Sequence record: PZ296772.1
Reading direction: 5' to 3' (one strand)
DNA length: 64,000 bases
DNA from: a phage
Shown: positions 30,165 through 38,189 of the stretch, in pieces
How positions within the stretch are numbered: position 1 is the first letter of the stretch
Layout: the number at the start of each line of letters is the position of its first letter
Notes under the pieces: generated by a model
The model's input: the letters and a program-made list of their open reading frames with translations, nothing else
The model's database searches: none
Told to the model about the DNA's origin: nothing
Program-made: the position numbers and the translations under genes

Positions 30165-30494
30165 ATGAAAACGTATAAAGAATTTATCACTGAAGTTACA
30201 TTATCTGCGGAACAGAAAGCTGCTATCGAAGAAGGTAAAAATCCCAAAGTAACATATAAAGTAAATAGTAAAGGCGTTTTTGATGGTTTGGTTCAAGACC
30301 CTGAATTGAAAAAAGCTCTTTCTAAAACTAATGCGTACTTTGCTCCTAAATTTAACACAGCCGGTGTACTTATTGGATTGGATGTATTCAACTCTAAAGG
30401 TGTTCTATCTAATGCCTTTGGTTATGCCGCTAACAAAATTACCAAAGCTGCATGGGAATCCAATACCAAACAAGCTCAAAAGCCTAGAGTATAA
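30165..30494 (+). CDS. Capsid-targeted internal protein candidate
   Basis: 109-aa ORF starting MKTYKEFITEVTLSAEQ (CTS-like, ITE at 8-10). Confidence 0.65.
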   Translation: MKTYKEFITEVTLSAEQKAAIEEGKNPKVTYKVNSKGVFDGLVQDPELKKALSKTNAYFAPKFNTAGVLIGLDVFNSKGVLSNAFGYAANKITKAAWESNTKQAQKPRV

Positions 30495-30666
30495 TTCTTG
30501 CCTAATAAAGGGAAACGCAACCTCTCCTCATGAACGTCGAGTCCTCTGAGTGATGTACCTTTTCCAACCTGTAATAAGGCCGAGCGCAATGCGGTAATGG
30601 GTTTACATAGCGAGTCGAAGGACCTAACATGTGCCACGGAACGGCCCCAACCTTAAGAGAAACTAA

Positions 30667-31206
30667 ATGAGAACATTTTTAACCGGACCTTATCTATCCC
30701 TGATGAATGCTTTTACACACCATTCTGATGCTAGAGTAGAAGAAATTTGTAAGAACGGTTATGTCCCACCATTTGAAGACGTACTCAAGCAGTACTGTAC
30801 ACTTCGTTTAGACGGCGGCAGACAATCAGGTAAATCAATTGCTGTGACTAACTTTGCTGCTAATTGGCTGTATGATGGCGGAACAGTTATTGTTCTTTCT
30901 AATACTTCAGCTTATGCTAAAATTTCTGCCGGCAACATTGAAAAAGAATTTTCTCGTTATTCTAGCGACGATATTCGATTCCGTTTATTTACTGATTCTG
31001 TTCGTAGTTTTATTGGCAATGAAGGTTCTAAATTCCGTGGATTAACGCTTTCTCGTATTCTGTATATAATTGACGAGCCTATTAAAGCTCCTGATATGGA
31101 TAAGATTTACAATGTCCATATTAAAACAGTCCAACACTGTTGCAAAAGCAAATATTGCATCGGCGGTAATGCTCGTCCTCAATTTTTTGTGATTGGAATG
31201 CAATGA
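30667..31206 (+). CDS. Small P-loop NTPase
   Basis: 179-aa ORF with Walker A GGRQSGKS and Walker B-like ILYIIDEP. Confidence 0.6.
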   Translation: MRTFLTGPYLSLMNAFTHHSDARVEEICKNGYVPPFEDVLKQYCTLRLDGGRQSGKSIAVTNFAANWLYDGGTVIVLSNTSAYAKISAGNIEKEFSRYSSDDIRFRLFTDSVRSFIGNEGSKFRGLTLSRILYIIDEPIKAPDMDKIYNVHIKTVQHCCKSKYCIGGNARPQFFVIGMQ

Positions 31207-31511
31207 TGACCACTATTGAAGTTTTTGAATATTGTTATAACAGTCCAGTATGCAATAAAAGGGCTCTTGTAGAAAATTACGAGATTTACCATTTTAAACC
31301 TAAACGATACCGTTTGACTAAAGGACTGTTTGCAGGGCAGCAGGTTCTTTGTACTGCTCCTAATGCACGGTTGATGACTAGTATTCCGCATTTCAAAATG
31401 GAATTTATTGATGGGCCATTTAAGGGATTAATCACTCAAAGTTTAATGGCGTTTAATTCCGACCCGTTTTTGATTAAAGAAAAAACTTGGATAAATTTAT
31501 TTTCTAATTGA
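31203..31511 (+). CDS. Hypothetical protein (coupled to P-loop NTPase)
   Basis: 102-aa ORF overlapping upstream stop (ATGATG). Confidence 0.5.
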   Translation: MMTTIEVFEYCYNSPVCNKRALVENYEIYHFKPKRYRLTKGLFAGQQVLCTAPNARLMTSIPHFKMEFIDGPFKGLITQSLMAFNSDPFLIKEKTWINLFSN

Positions 31512-31517
31512 GGTTAT

Positions 31518-31880
31518 ATGAAAGCATATCAAATTCTTGAAGGTGCACATAAAGGCACTATTTATTTTGAAGACGGCACTCAAGCCCGGATTATTGTCTC
31601 TAAGACTTTTAAAGAAGACGCTATTGTAGACCCGGAAATTTTCTACGGTTTGATTGCCCGTGAAATTGAAATTGAACATCAACCTAAAGTTAAAATTGAA
31701 GGTGGTCAACACCTGAACGTTAATGTTCTGCGTCGTGAAACTCTGGAAGATGCAGTTAAGCATCCAGAAAAATATCCGCAGTTGACCATCCGTGTATCCG
31801 GTTATGCAGTTCGCTTTAACTCTCTGACTCCGGAACAGCAGCGCGACGTTATCGCTCGTACCTTTACTGAGAGTCTATAA
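31518..31880 (+). CDS. grcA: Autonomous glycyl radical cofactor (GrcA/YfiD-like)
   Basis: 120-aa ORF whose C-terminal 60 aa carry the glycyl-radical motif [25 protein letters not shown], near-identical to the enterobacterial GrcA/PFL C-terminus. Confidence 0.9.
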   Translation: MKAYQILEGAHKGTIYFEDGTQARIIVSKTFKEDAIVDPEIFYGLIAREIEIEHQPKVKIEGGQHLNVNVLRRETLEDAVKHPEKYPQLTIRVSGYAVRFNSLTPEQQRDVIARTFTESL

Positions 31881-31888
31881 TAGCTAAA

Positions 31889-32104
31889 TTGATTATAGAA
31901 GGGTCTGAAGATGTTTTAAAATGTTTTGCCGCCTGGTTTAGTTGCTCAGGCGAGCAATCATTCATTGAAGCATTTAGAATGGGTGATATTACTGGAAACT
32001 ATCCGGCAACTGATATCACTGTACGTGGATATGGTATTAATGAGCCTATCCAATTGGTCGAATATGACCTTGCCACCGATGAGGAAATTCCTTATGTCGA
32101 TTGA
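31889..32104 (+). CDS. Hypothetical protein
   Basis: 71-aa ORF. Confidence 0.45.
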   Translation: MIIEGSEDVLKCFAAWFSCSGEQSFIEAFRMGDITGNYPATDITVRGYGINEPIQLVEYDLATDEEIPYVD

Positions 32105-32360
32105 AGATATTAAAGGCTACAAGCCGCATACCGACGATAAAATCGGTAAAGTGAACGCTATTAAAGATGCAGAAGTCCGTCTTGGATTGTTGTTTGATGC
32201 TCTGATTGAAGAAGCATATATCTTGAAAGAAAATGAAACAGAGCAACAAACCAAAGAAGATATGGATGCAGTACAGGCTCTTAAGTATGCTAAGCAACAT
32301 CTAAAAGAAGCCAGCATGTGGGCCTGTCGTGCAGTATTTCGACCTGAGGAAAAATACTAA
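32094..32360 (+). CDS. Hypothetical protein
   Basis: 88-aa product from MSIEDIKGYKPHTDDK (GAGGA RBS); the longer ORF-track start overlaps upstream gene out of frame. Confidence 0.5.
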   Translation: MSIEDIKGYKPHTDDKIGKVNAIKDAEVRLGLLFDALIEEAYILKENETEQQTKEDMDAVQALKYAKQHLKEASMWACRAVFRPEEKY

Positions 32361-32575
32361 TGGCTTCTACTATTACCGGGTTATTGGACTTTCAAGAAAA
32401 AGTCAACAAAATTTGTAGTGAATACTTAAAGTATCTTGAAGAAGACCTTGAAGATTGTAAGGAAGAAGGCGAAGAAGACTATGCTGACCAACGTCGTCGC
32501 CAAATCGAAGAGATGAGGCATTTCGCCAATATGGTATCTAAAGAATCTTGGGCTTTAACTCCATTTTATCAATAA
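32360..32575 (+). CDS. Hypothetical acidic protein
   Basis: 71-aa ORF. Confidence 0.45.
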   Translation: MASTITGLLDFQEKVNKICSEYLKYLEEDLEDCKEEGEEDYADQRRRQIEEMRHFANMVSKESWALTPFYQ

Positions 32576-32579
32576 AGTA

Positions 32580-32630
32580 GTTTACTTCTCCTCTAGTTGT
32601 GTTACTATAGACATGTCAACTAGAGGAGAA
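32580..32630 (+). promoter_or_regulatory. Early promoter cassette with 14-bp perfect inverted repeat
   Basis: -35 GTTTAC 32580-32585, -10 TACTAT 32603-32608, TTCTCCTCTAGTTG (32586-32599) / CAACTAGAGGAGAA (32617-32630); right arm contains the RBS. Confidence 0.65.
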
Positions 32631-32636
32631 ATCAAA

Positions 32637-33095
32637 ATGACTATCAATTCAGACGTTTTTATCCGCCGTAATAAACTCCGTCGAATCTTTGAAACGGAGT
32701 TCCGCAAAATAAATGCCGGTATAAAAGATGCTGCAAAGTCTCTTGGGCTACCCGGCTTTCATATCAAGTATTCTCAACATCTCTTAGATCGTGCCATCCA
32801 GAGAGAAATAGATGAGAATTACGTTTTTGAATTATTTCGTAAAGTAAAAAATCATGTTAAAGAAGTTGCAGAATTTTTATCAATGCCGGCACGTCCAGAT
32901 GTTGATGAAGATTTTGTCGAAGGTGTCGAATATCGCCCGGGCCGTTTAGAAATAACTGATGGAAATCTTTGGTTAGGACTTACAGTTTGTCGCGAAAATC
33001 CAGCGTTCAAAATGAAGACTCTTCAATGCAGAATGGCTATTATTAACAGTAAACGACTACCAGGAAAAGCTTCTAAAGCAGTGATTAAAATCTAG
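32637..33095 (+). CDS. Hypothetical protein
   Basis: 152-aa product from MTINSDVFIRRNK. Confidence 0.5.
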   Translation: MTINSDVFIRRNKLRRIFETEFRKINAGIKDAAKSLGLPGFHIKYSQHLLDRAIQREIDENYVFELFRKVKNHVKEVAEFLSMPARPDVDEDFVEGVEYRPGRLEITDGNLWLGLTVCRENPAFKMKTLQCRMAIINSKRLPGKASKAVIKI

Positions 33096-33103
33096 AGGTA
33101 AAC

Positions 33104-33646
33104 ATGAGAAAAGCACTACTCGCTGGTCTATTTGCTCTTTCATTATCAGCACATAGCTCCGAGCATACTTTTAGTAATGTCCAACTCGATAACTTGAATT
33201 ATGCTTATCAGTTTGGGGAGCAGTTTTCTAAGGATGGAAAATTTAAAACGCATGAAAATATGCATAAGAAAGGACTTGGATACATAATGGCCGCAATACT
33301 ATGGCAGGAATCATCTGCTGGTATTAATCTTAAAGATAAGAAAGGTCACCATGCGTATGGAATGTTCCAAAACTATCTACCAACAATGAGGGCAAGAATT
33401 AACCAGCTTGGTTATAATATGACTGATGCCCAAATTAAGAAAATGCTATCTAAGCGGTCTAATTCAACCAGATGGGCTTATATCGAATTTTCTTATTGGT
33501 TAAATATACATAACGGGGATATAAGAAAAGCTATATCCTCATACAATGCGGGATGGAAGACAAGTGCTGGAAGTAAATATGCTTCTGAAGTCCTAGAAAA
33601 GGCTAATTACCTTAAATCAAATAAACTACTGGAAATAAAAGAATGA
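33104..33646 (+). CDS. Secreted lytic transglycosylase-like protein (SLT domain)
   Basis: 180-aa ORF with N-terminal signal peptide (MRKALLAGLFALSLSAHS), catalytic-type WQESS and SYNAG motifs. Confidence 0.6.
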   Translation: MRKALLAGLFALSLSAHSSEHTFSNVQLDNLNYAYQFGEQFSKDGKFKTHENMHKKGLGYIMAAILWQESSAGINLKDKKGHHAYGMFQNYLPTMRARINQLGYNMTDAQIKKMLSKRSNSTRWAYIEFSYWLNIHNGDIRKAISSYNAGWKTSAGSKYASEVLEKANYLKSNKLLEIKE

Positions 33647-33990
33647 CCAAAATGTTGGCTTTAATAGTTGGCTTGGTTTCATTTAACGCTCTTGCTAATA
33701 CTACATATACTGATGTAACGGAGTATACAAACAGAACGGCGTCTGATTATTGTGGTAAAAGTCAAGAGTGTAAAGTAGATTTTTCACAAAAATTGTTATA
33801 TGCGTATAAAGACGGAGAAAAAGATGGGGCGTCTAGTAGGTTCAAGGCGTCTACCTTAATTAAACGATATCATAAAAAATGGCAAATATTAGAATGCTCG
33901 GTGGCGGAACCTAAAGATAAGGCAGCATGCAATTCTATGGTAGACCGCCTAGTTGACTCTTATACTAGAGGACTTGCAGCAAGTGATTAA
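33643..33990 (+). CDS. Secreted/periplasmic small protein
   Basis: 115-aa ORF with signal peptide MTKMLALIVGLVSFNALA and 4 Cys. Confidence 0.5.
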   Translation: MTKMLALIVGLVSFNALANTTYTDVTEYTNRTASDYCGKSQECKVDFSQKLLYAYKDGEKDGASSRFKASTLIKRYHKKWQILECSVAEPKDKAACNSMVDRLVDSYTRGLAASD

Positions 33991-34450
33991 AAACTATATC
34001 AAGGGCGATATTGTCGCCCTGTTTTCTAAAGGTAATAATATTGCTCATGGGTGTAATTGTTTTCATACAATGGGCGCCGGTGTAGCAGGACAATTAGCAA
34101 AGGCTTATCCAAAAATTCTGGAAGCCGATAAACTTCAAACTGTATATGGAGATGAGTCTAAACTCGGGACTTATTCAGTTTATGAAAAATATTTTAAGAC
34201 CCATAAAGCTTATTGCTTTAATCTTTATACACAGTTTGAGCCGGGACCTAATTTTGAGTGCTCTGCTTTAATGAATTGTATAATAGAATTAAATGAATTC
34301 GGAAAGAATAAGATAACAAAGCCTGTAATTTATATGCCAAGAATTGGTGCAGGTATCGGTGGTGGAAACTGGGATGTCATCGAAGAGATTTTAGATACAT
34401 ATTCCACTAAACTAGAAATTGTGATTGTTGATTGGGAACCATTGTTATGA
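33983..34450 (+). CDS. Macro-domain-like protein (ADP-ribose binding/hydrolase fold); start uncertain, no in-frame ATG
   Basis: Motifs NNIAHGCNCFHTMGAGVAGQL and PRIGAGIGGGNW resemble macro-domain signatures; first in-frame starts are TTG 33953 or GTG 33983 (GAGGA 11 nt upstream of GTG). Confidence 0.5.
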   Translation: MIKNYIKGDIVALFSKGNNIAHGCNCFHTMGAGVAGQLAKAYPKILEADKLQTVYGDESKLGTYSVYEKYFKTHKAYCFNLYTQFEPGPNFECSALMNCIIELNEFGKNKITKPVIYMPRIGAGIGGGNWDVIEEILDTYSTKLEIVIVDWEPLL

Positions 34451-34659
34451 ATATACACTATCCACATCCATATGACCCAAAGAATAAGACAGTAATTATT
34501 CGTCAATGGGAACGCATTTGTCGTACTAAATGTCCAATTAATAGTCCACATGATGTAGATAAAGACTACATCGGAACATTCGTTGAATATACCTTTATTG
34601 ATAAGAAAGGCCGTAAACAACATGTAGAAGAATATTGCTTAAAGGTGACATGGCTATGA
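34447..34659 (+). CDS. Hypothetical protein
   Basis: 70-aa product from MNIHYPHPYDPK. Confidence 0.45.
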   Translation: MNIHYPHPYDPKNKTVIIRQWERICRTKCPINSPHDVDKDYIGTFVEYTFIDKKGRKQHVEEYCLKVTWL

Positions 34660-34862
34660 GTCAAACAAAAATTCTTACAGGTGCTAAATGCGAAAAATGC
34701 GAATGGCCTGTAGTTTTTGCTTTATGCAATGACGAAATGGCTTGTGATTTTGATTATTGGTGTTACTGTTCGAACAAAGGTTGTAGCAATCATAAAGGTG
34801 AAGGGTTTTACTCAGGATTTTACCCTTACCCGGATTTCGTTAAAGAAGGTGAACCTAAATGA
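34656..34862 (+). CDS. Cys-rich small protein (possible zinc ribbon)
   Basis: 68-aa product with CEKCEW...CNDEMACD...CYCSNKGC. Confidence 0.45.
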   Translation: MSQTKILTGAKCEKCEWPVVFALCNDEMACDFDYWCYCSNKGCSNHKGEGFYSGFYPYPDFVKEGEPK

Positions 34863-35041
34863 AATTGACTAAAGAAGAGAAAACTAAACTGTTCGAACTT
34901 ATCCATGACCTATTGGATGAACAAGCAGCCACCAGTGCGTATGATGAATACGCTCCTTTGACAGACGAAGAATATCAAGCATTGATGGAATCATTTGACA
35001 GGAAAGAACAAGAACTCATTGACTATGTGAATTCACTATAA
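34859..35041 (+). CDS. Hypothetical acidic protein
   Basis: 60-aa ORF. Confidence 0.4.
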   Translation: MKLTKEEKTKLFELIHDLLDEQAATSAYDEYAPLTDEEYQALMESFDRKEQELIDYVNSL

Positions 35042-35050
35042 GGGACTCTT

Positions 35051-35632
35051 ATGGCTAGTTTAATTTTTACATATGCAGCAATGAACGCAGGTAAGTCTGC
35101 TTCATTACTTACTGCCGCACATAACTATAAAGAACGTGGCATGGGTGTATTAGTTCTTAAACCGGCTATTGATACTCGTGATTCAAAAGGTGAAATAGTC
35201 TCTCGCATTGGTATTCGTCAGGATGCCAATATAATTACAAAAGACATGGATATCTTTGAATTTTATAAATGGGCTGCAGCACAAAAGGATATTCACTGTG
35301 TATTTGTTGACGAAGCTCAGTTCTTAACTACTGAAAAGGTGTATCAACTTAGTCGTATTGTTGACGTATACAATGTGCCGGTAATGGCATATGGACTACG
35401 AACAGATTTTAAAGGTAATCTATTTGAAGGTTCTCAAGCATTAATGGCTATCGCCGATAAGCTTGTTGAACTTAAAGGTGTCTGTCATTGCGGTAAAAAG
35501 GCCACAATGGTAGCTAGAGTCGCGGAAGACGGACTTCCAATTACAGATGGCAGTCAAATTGAAATTGGTGATACTGATAGATATGTGTCATTATGCCGGA
35601 AGCATTGGAATGATTTGACAGGGTTGTTATAA
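35051..35632 (+). CDS. tk: Thymidine kinase
   Basis: 193-aa ORF with P-loop AAMNAGKSASLLT and C-terminal Zn-binding CHCGKKA...C motif; T4 tk is 193 aa. Confidence 0.93.
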   Translation: MASLIFTYAAMNAGKSASLLTAAHNYKERGMGVLVLKPAIDTRDSKGEIVSRIGIRQDANIITKDMDIFEFYKWAAAQKDIHCVFVDEAQFLTTEKVYQLSRIVDVYNVPVMAYGLRTDFKGNLFEGSQALMAIADKLVELKGVCHCGKKATMVARVAEDGLPITDGSQIEIGDTDRYVSLCRKHWNDLTGLL

Positions 35633-35659
35633 ATACTAATATCTAACCAAGAGGTATAT

Positions 35660-35872
35660 ATGCAGCAATTAAACGAAAGACAACTTCGTAATCTTACTGT
35701 AACCCAATTGGATGAAATCCGAAGAGAATTAGGACATTCTATTTCTCATTTAAACGAGGATATCCGTCAAACTGGTTCTAAAGCTGATTATACACGCAAG
35801 CGCAAGCTGGAAAAATACCTCGCAGATGTTAAGGCCGTCCAAAGGCGAAAAATAAATACTGGCCAAAATTAA
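35660..35872 (+). CDS. Hypothetical protein
   Basis: 70-aa basic ORF. Confidence 0.45.
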   Translation: MQQLNERQLRNLTVTQLDEIRRELGHSISHLNEDIRQTGSKADYTRKRKLEKYLADVKAVQRRKINTGQN

Positions 35873-35884
35873 CAGGAGGCCTAT

Positions 35885-36187
35885 ATGGCCTTAAGAGCGA
35901 TAGCCATTGTGGCGATGCTGGGGTTTTTTGCAGCAACGACTCCTATTGTTGGCACTGCATATGTTGACCCGTACTTTGATAACTTTATGGAATCAGGGAT
36001 TAAAAACGTATATACTTTGTTCGAAATTCAAAATGTCGAGAATTCTGAAAAATTCTATAAGTATATGGCAAAGCATTACAAAAATAGCCCCTGTGATGAT
36101 GCATTTGAATGCCAGGAACAAGGCATAAAAACTGCCAGACAATTTGCCGAGTTCATGAAAATAAAATTAGAGCCTACATCTATCTAA
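35885..36187 (+). CDS. Hypothetical protein with N-terminal hydrophobic segment
   Basis: 100-aa ORF; possible signal anchor MALRAIAIVAMLGFFAATTPIVG. Confidence 0.5.
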   Translation: MALRAIAIVAMLGFFAATTPIVGTAYVDPYFDNFMESGIKNVYTLFEIQNVENSEKFYKYMAKHYKNSPCDDAFECQEQGIKTARQFAEFMKIKLEPTSI

Positions 36188-36191
36188 TCAA

Positions 36192-36219
36192 AGCCCCTTC
36201 CGAAAGGTTGGGGCTTTTT
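36192..36219 (+). terminator. Intrinsic terminator (repeat family copy 3; part of 36-bp direct repeat)
   Basis: AGCCCCUUCC-GAAA-GGUUGGGGCU + UUUUU; 36184-36219 is identical to 36807-36842. Confidence 0.7.
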
Positions 36220-36220
36220 G

Positions 36221-36228
36221 TATAAATA
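36221..36228 (+). promoter_or_regulatory. T4-type late promoter TATAAATA
   Basis: Exact TATAAATA immediately after the terminator, 25 nt upstream of ORF 36253. Confidence 0.55.
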
Positions 36229-36252
36229 TCCTTGTAAACTAAGAGAGGATAT

Positions 36253-36810
36253 ATGAAATTTTTAAAATACATAAGTTGGGTTGTTCTTGTTCCTATAGAT
36301 TGGATCGCAGCGATTTTAGCAATTATTCTAGCACCATTTGTAGTTCCATTCCATAGTGAAAAAACAGGTAAACTACCTTATGGCTTTGACTGGATGATGA
36401 CTTACGATAATCCTATCGATGGTGACCGTGGTCATGTTGAACGTTGGTCTAAAATACGTAAAATTCCTGTTATAGGTAAATATGCTCAACGCGTAGCTTG
36501 GTTATGGCGCAACAAAGCATATAATTTTTCGTATCATGTTTTAGGTCGCGAAGCTTCATCAGAATGGCACTATAAAGGCAACGCTGAAACTAAATCTGGA
36601 TCTCCTGATCCGGCACATCATGGATATCTTTTAGTTTGGAACGAGTCTGCATGGGGATTATTCGCTGCTATACCTTATCTTAAGGTTGGTGGTATTACAT
36701 TTTATCTGCGTGTTTACTGTGGTTGGAAACTTAAGAGTCTTTTGAGTCGTCCTATTCCACGCGCAATGCTTTCATTCCATATCAACCCTTTACGATATTA
36801 CAAAAACTAA
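36253..36810 (+). CDS. Membrane-anchored protein expressed from a late promoter
   Basis: 185-aa ORF with N-terminal TM segment; bracketed by identical terminator repeats; preceded by TATAAATA. Confidence 0.6.
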   Translation: MKFLKYISWVVLVPIDWIAAILAIILAPFVVPFHSEKTGKLPYGFDWMMTYDNPIDGDRGHVERWSKIRKIPVIGKYAQRVAWLWRNKAYNFSYHVLGREASSEWHYKGNAETKSGSPDPAHHGYLLVWNESAWGLFAAIPYLKVGGITFYLRVYCGWKLKSLLSRPIPRAMLSFHINPLRYYKN

Positions 36811-36814
36811 TCAA

Positions 36815-36843
36815 AGCCCCTTCCGAAAGGTTGGGGCTTTTTT
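36815..36843 (+). terminator. Intrinsic terminator (repeat family copy 4; part of 36-bp direct repeat)
   Basis: AGCCCCUUCC-GAAA-GGUUGGGGCU + UUUUUU. Confidence 0.7.
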
Positions 36844-36853
36844 GCATTTAACA

Positions 36854-36905
36854 GTTTACTTCTCCTCAGGTTGTGTTATAGTAGACCTTACTTACTAGAG
36901 GAGAA
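36854..36905 (+). promoter_or_regulatory. Early promoter cassette (GTTTAC, TATAGT, TTCTCCTC/GAGGAGAA inverted repeat)
   Basis: -35 36854-36859, -10 36877-36882, 8-bp inverted repeat 36860-36867 / 36898-36905 including the RBS. Confidence 0.6.
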
Positions 36906-36909
36906 CGTT

Positions 36910-37089
36910 ATGTCACGTAAAGAAAAAATTTCTAAGTTAATGTTTTTGATTGAAGAGTATGCTAACGCTGTATCTGATTGGGAAAATGCCCATGGGTGTG
37001 AAGACGGTGATATCGACATTAACAGAGCTATGAAAAAGATGGCTGATACGCACACCGAATTGCAAATGTATGTTAACGAGATTATGTGA
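36910..37089 (+). CDS. Hypothetical protein
   Basis: 59-aa product from MSRKEKISKLMFLIEEY. Confidence 0.45.
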   Translation: MSRKEKISKLMFLIEEYANAVSDWENAHGCEDGDIDINRAMKKMADTHTELQMYVNEIM

Positions 37090-37096
37090 GGATATT

Positions 37097-37303
37097 ATGC
37101 TTTACGATTATACTGGAAAATCTGAAGACGGTGTACTTGAACTTTTACCTGAAAGCGCTGAAGATGATGATACGGTGGTGATGTTTTGTAAAAATGGTCC
37201 TGGGGATAAGGGATGGATTTATCTTCGTCAAGAAAATGACTTAATTGTTTTGGACCCTAAACAAGTTGAAGAACTTTATCAACATTTAAAACACAATCGG
37301 TAG
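37097..37303 (+). CDS. Hypothetical protein
   Basis: 68-aa product from MLYDYTGKSEDGVLE (GAGGA RBS). Confidence 0.45.
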   Translation: MLYDYTGKSEDGVLELLPESAEDDDTVVMFCKNGPGDKGWIYLRQENDLIVLDPKQVEELYQHLKHNR

Positions 37304-37341
37304 TTTACATCTTGGTAGGACTGTGTTATAGTAGTCCTACC
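37303..37341 (+). promoter_or_regulatory. Early promoter cassette (GTTTAC, TATAGT, GGTAGGACT/AGTCCTACC inverted repeat)
   Basis: -35 37303-37308, -10 37327-37332, 9-bp perfect inverted repeat. Confidence 0.65.
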
Positions 37342-37361
37342 AAAAACAAATGGAGAACAAA

Positions 37362-37472
37362 ATGAAACTTTTGCTTATCGCTTATGTTGTAGTACAATAC
37401 AATTATCCAATGTTTACTTATAACATGGTAAACGGCATAGTGAATCTTATTGAAGCGAGTATGGTAAAATGA
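37362..37472 (+). CDS. Small hydrophobic peptide (36 aa)
   Basis: MKLLLIAYVVVQYNYPMFTYNMVNGIVNLIEASMVK; GGAG RBS 8 nt upstream; stop overlaps next start (ATGA). Confidence 0.3.
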   Translation: MKLLLIAYVVVQYNYPMFTYNMVNGIVNLIEASMVK

Positions 37473-37648
37473 CCCGTGAACAAGCTAATAAATTGATGGA
37501 CCTTATCCGTGACTTACGTGAAGCCGATTCAGATTTGAATGATGTAGCTTATCACGCGGTAAATGATAACGTAGACTTTTATGAAAATCAGGTTGATGCT
37601 TGTCAGAATGATTTGGTGAATTTTGTTGAAACTTTAATTGGTGAATAA
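37469..37648 (+). CDS. Small acidic protein (59 aa)
   Basis: MTREQANKLMDLIRDLREADSDLNDV...; coupled to up- and downstream ORFs. Confidence 0.45.
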   Translation: MTREQANKLMDLIRDLREADSDLNDVAYHAVNDNVDFYENQVDACQNDLVNFVETLIGE

Positions 37649-37649
37649 T

Positions 37650-38180
37650 ATGAAAACTGTAATTGAAACGACTGAGTTGTTTGGTGATTTATGTATTGAA
37701 AAACGCGGGTATGCTTACGTTCTGACACAAGAAGATGATGCGGTTACTATTCTTCCTATGGAACTGGACAAGATTTTGAAACTCAATCCACCAGGCCATG
37801 CATCTGTAATTAACATTAACGAAGACCTTCAAGTTAGTTTTTATCATGGACTTTATAGTGGGGTTAATATCGAAACAGAAGACGAATGTTTTTCTATTAA
37901 TAATTGGAAAACATTCGTCACTAAAGTGAAAGAATTCATGGAATCTGAAACAGCCAAAAAGGCCAAACTTCAATGGGCTAAATGCCGTAATGCTTTTATT
38001 ACAAATCCGGACAACCCTGACTATACAACAGTCCTGAGTGTTAATCCTTCTTATGAAGATGGTGATGTTGTAGTTATTCGCCAAATTGATGACCTTCGTC
38101 AACATATCGTTGCATTAGACAAAGATGAAGCAGTTGCTCTTAAAGCTTATCTTGATTCTATTATCCCAACTTTGAAATAA
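37650..38180 (+). CDS. Hypothetical protein
   Basis: 176-aa product from MKTVIETTELFGD. Confidence 0.5.
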   Translation: MKTVIETTELFGDLCIEKRGYAYVLTQEDDAVTILPMELDKILKLNPPGHASVININEDLQVSFYHGLYSGVNIETEDECFSINNWKTFVTKVKEFMESETAKKAKLQWAKCRNAFITNPDNPDYTTVLSVNPSYEDGDVVVIRQIDDLRQHIVALDKDEAVALKAYLDSIIPTLK

Positions 38181-38189
38181 GGAATTATT

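Noticed and set aside
37689-38105. 138-aa minus-strand ORF
   Set aside because: Antisense to plus-strand ORF 37650-38180 in a region where every supported gene is on the plus strand; no promoter or RBS.
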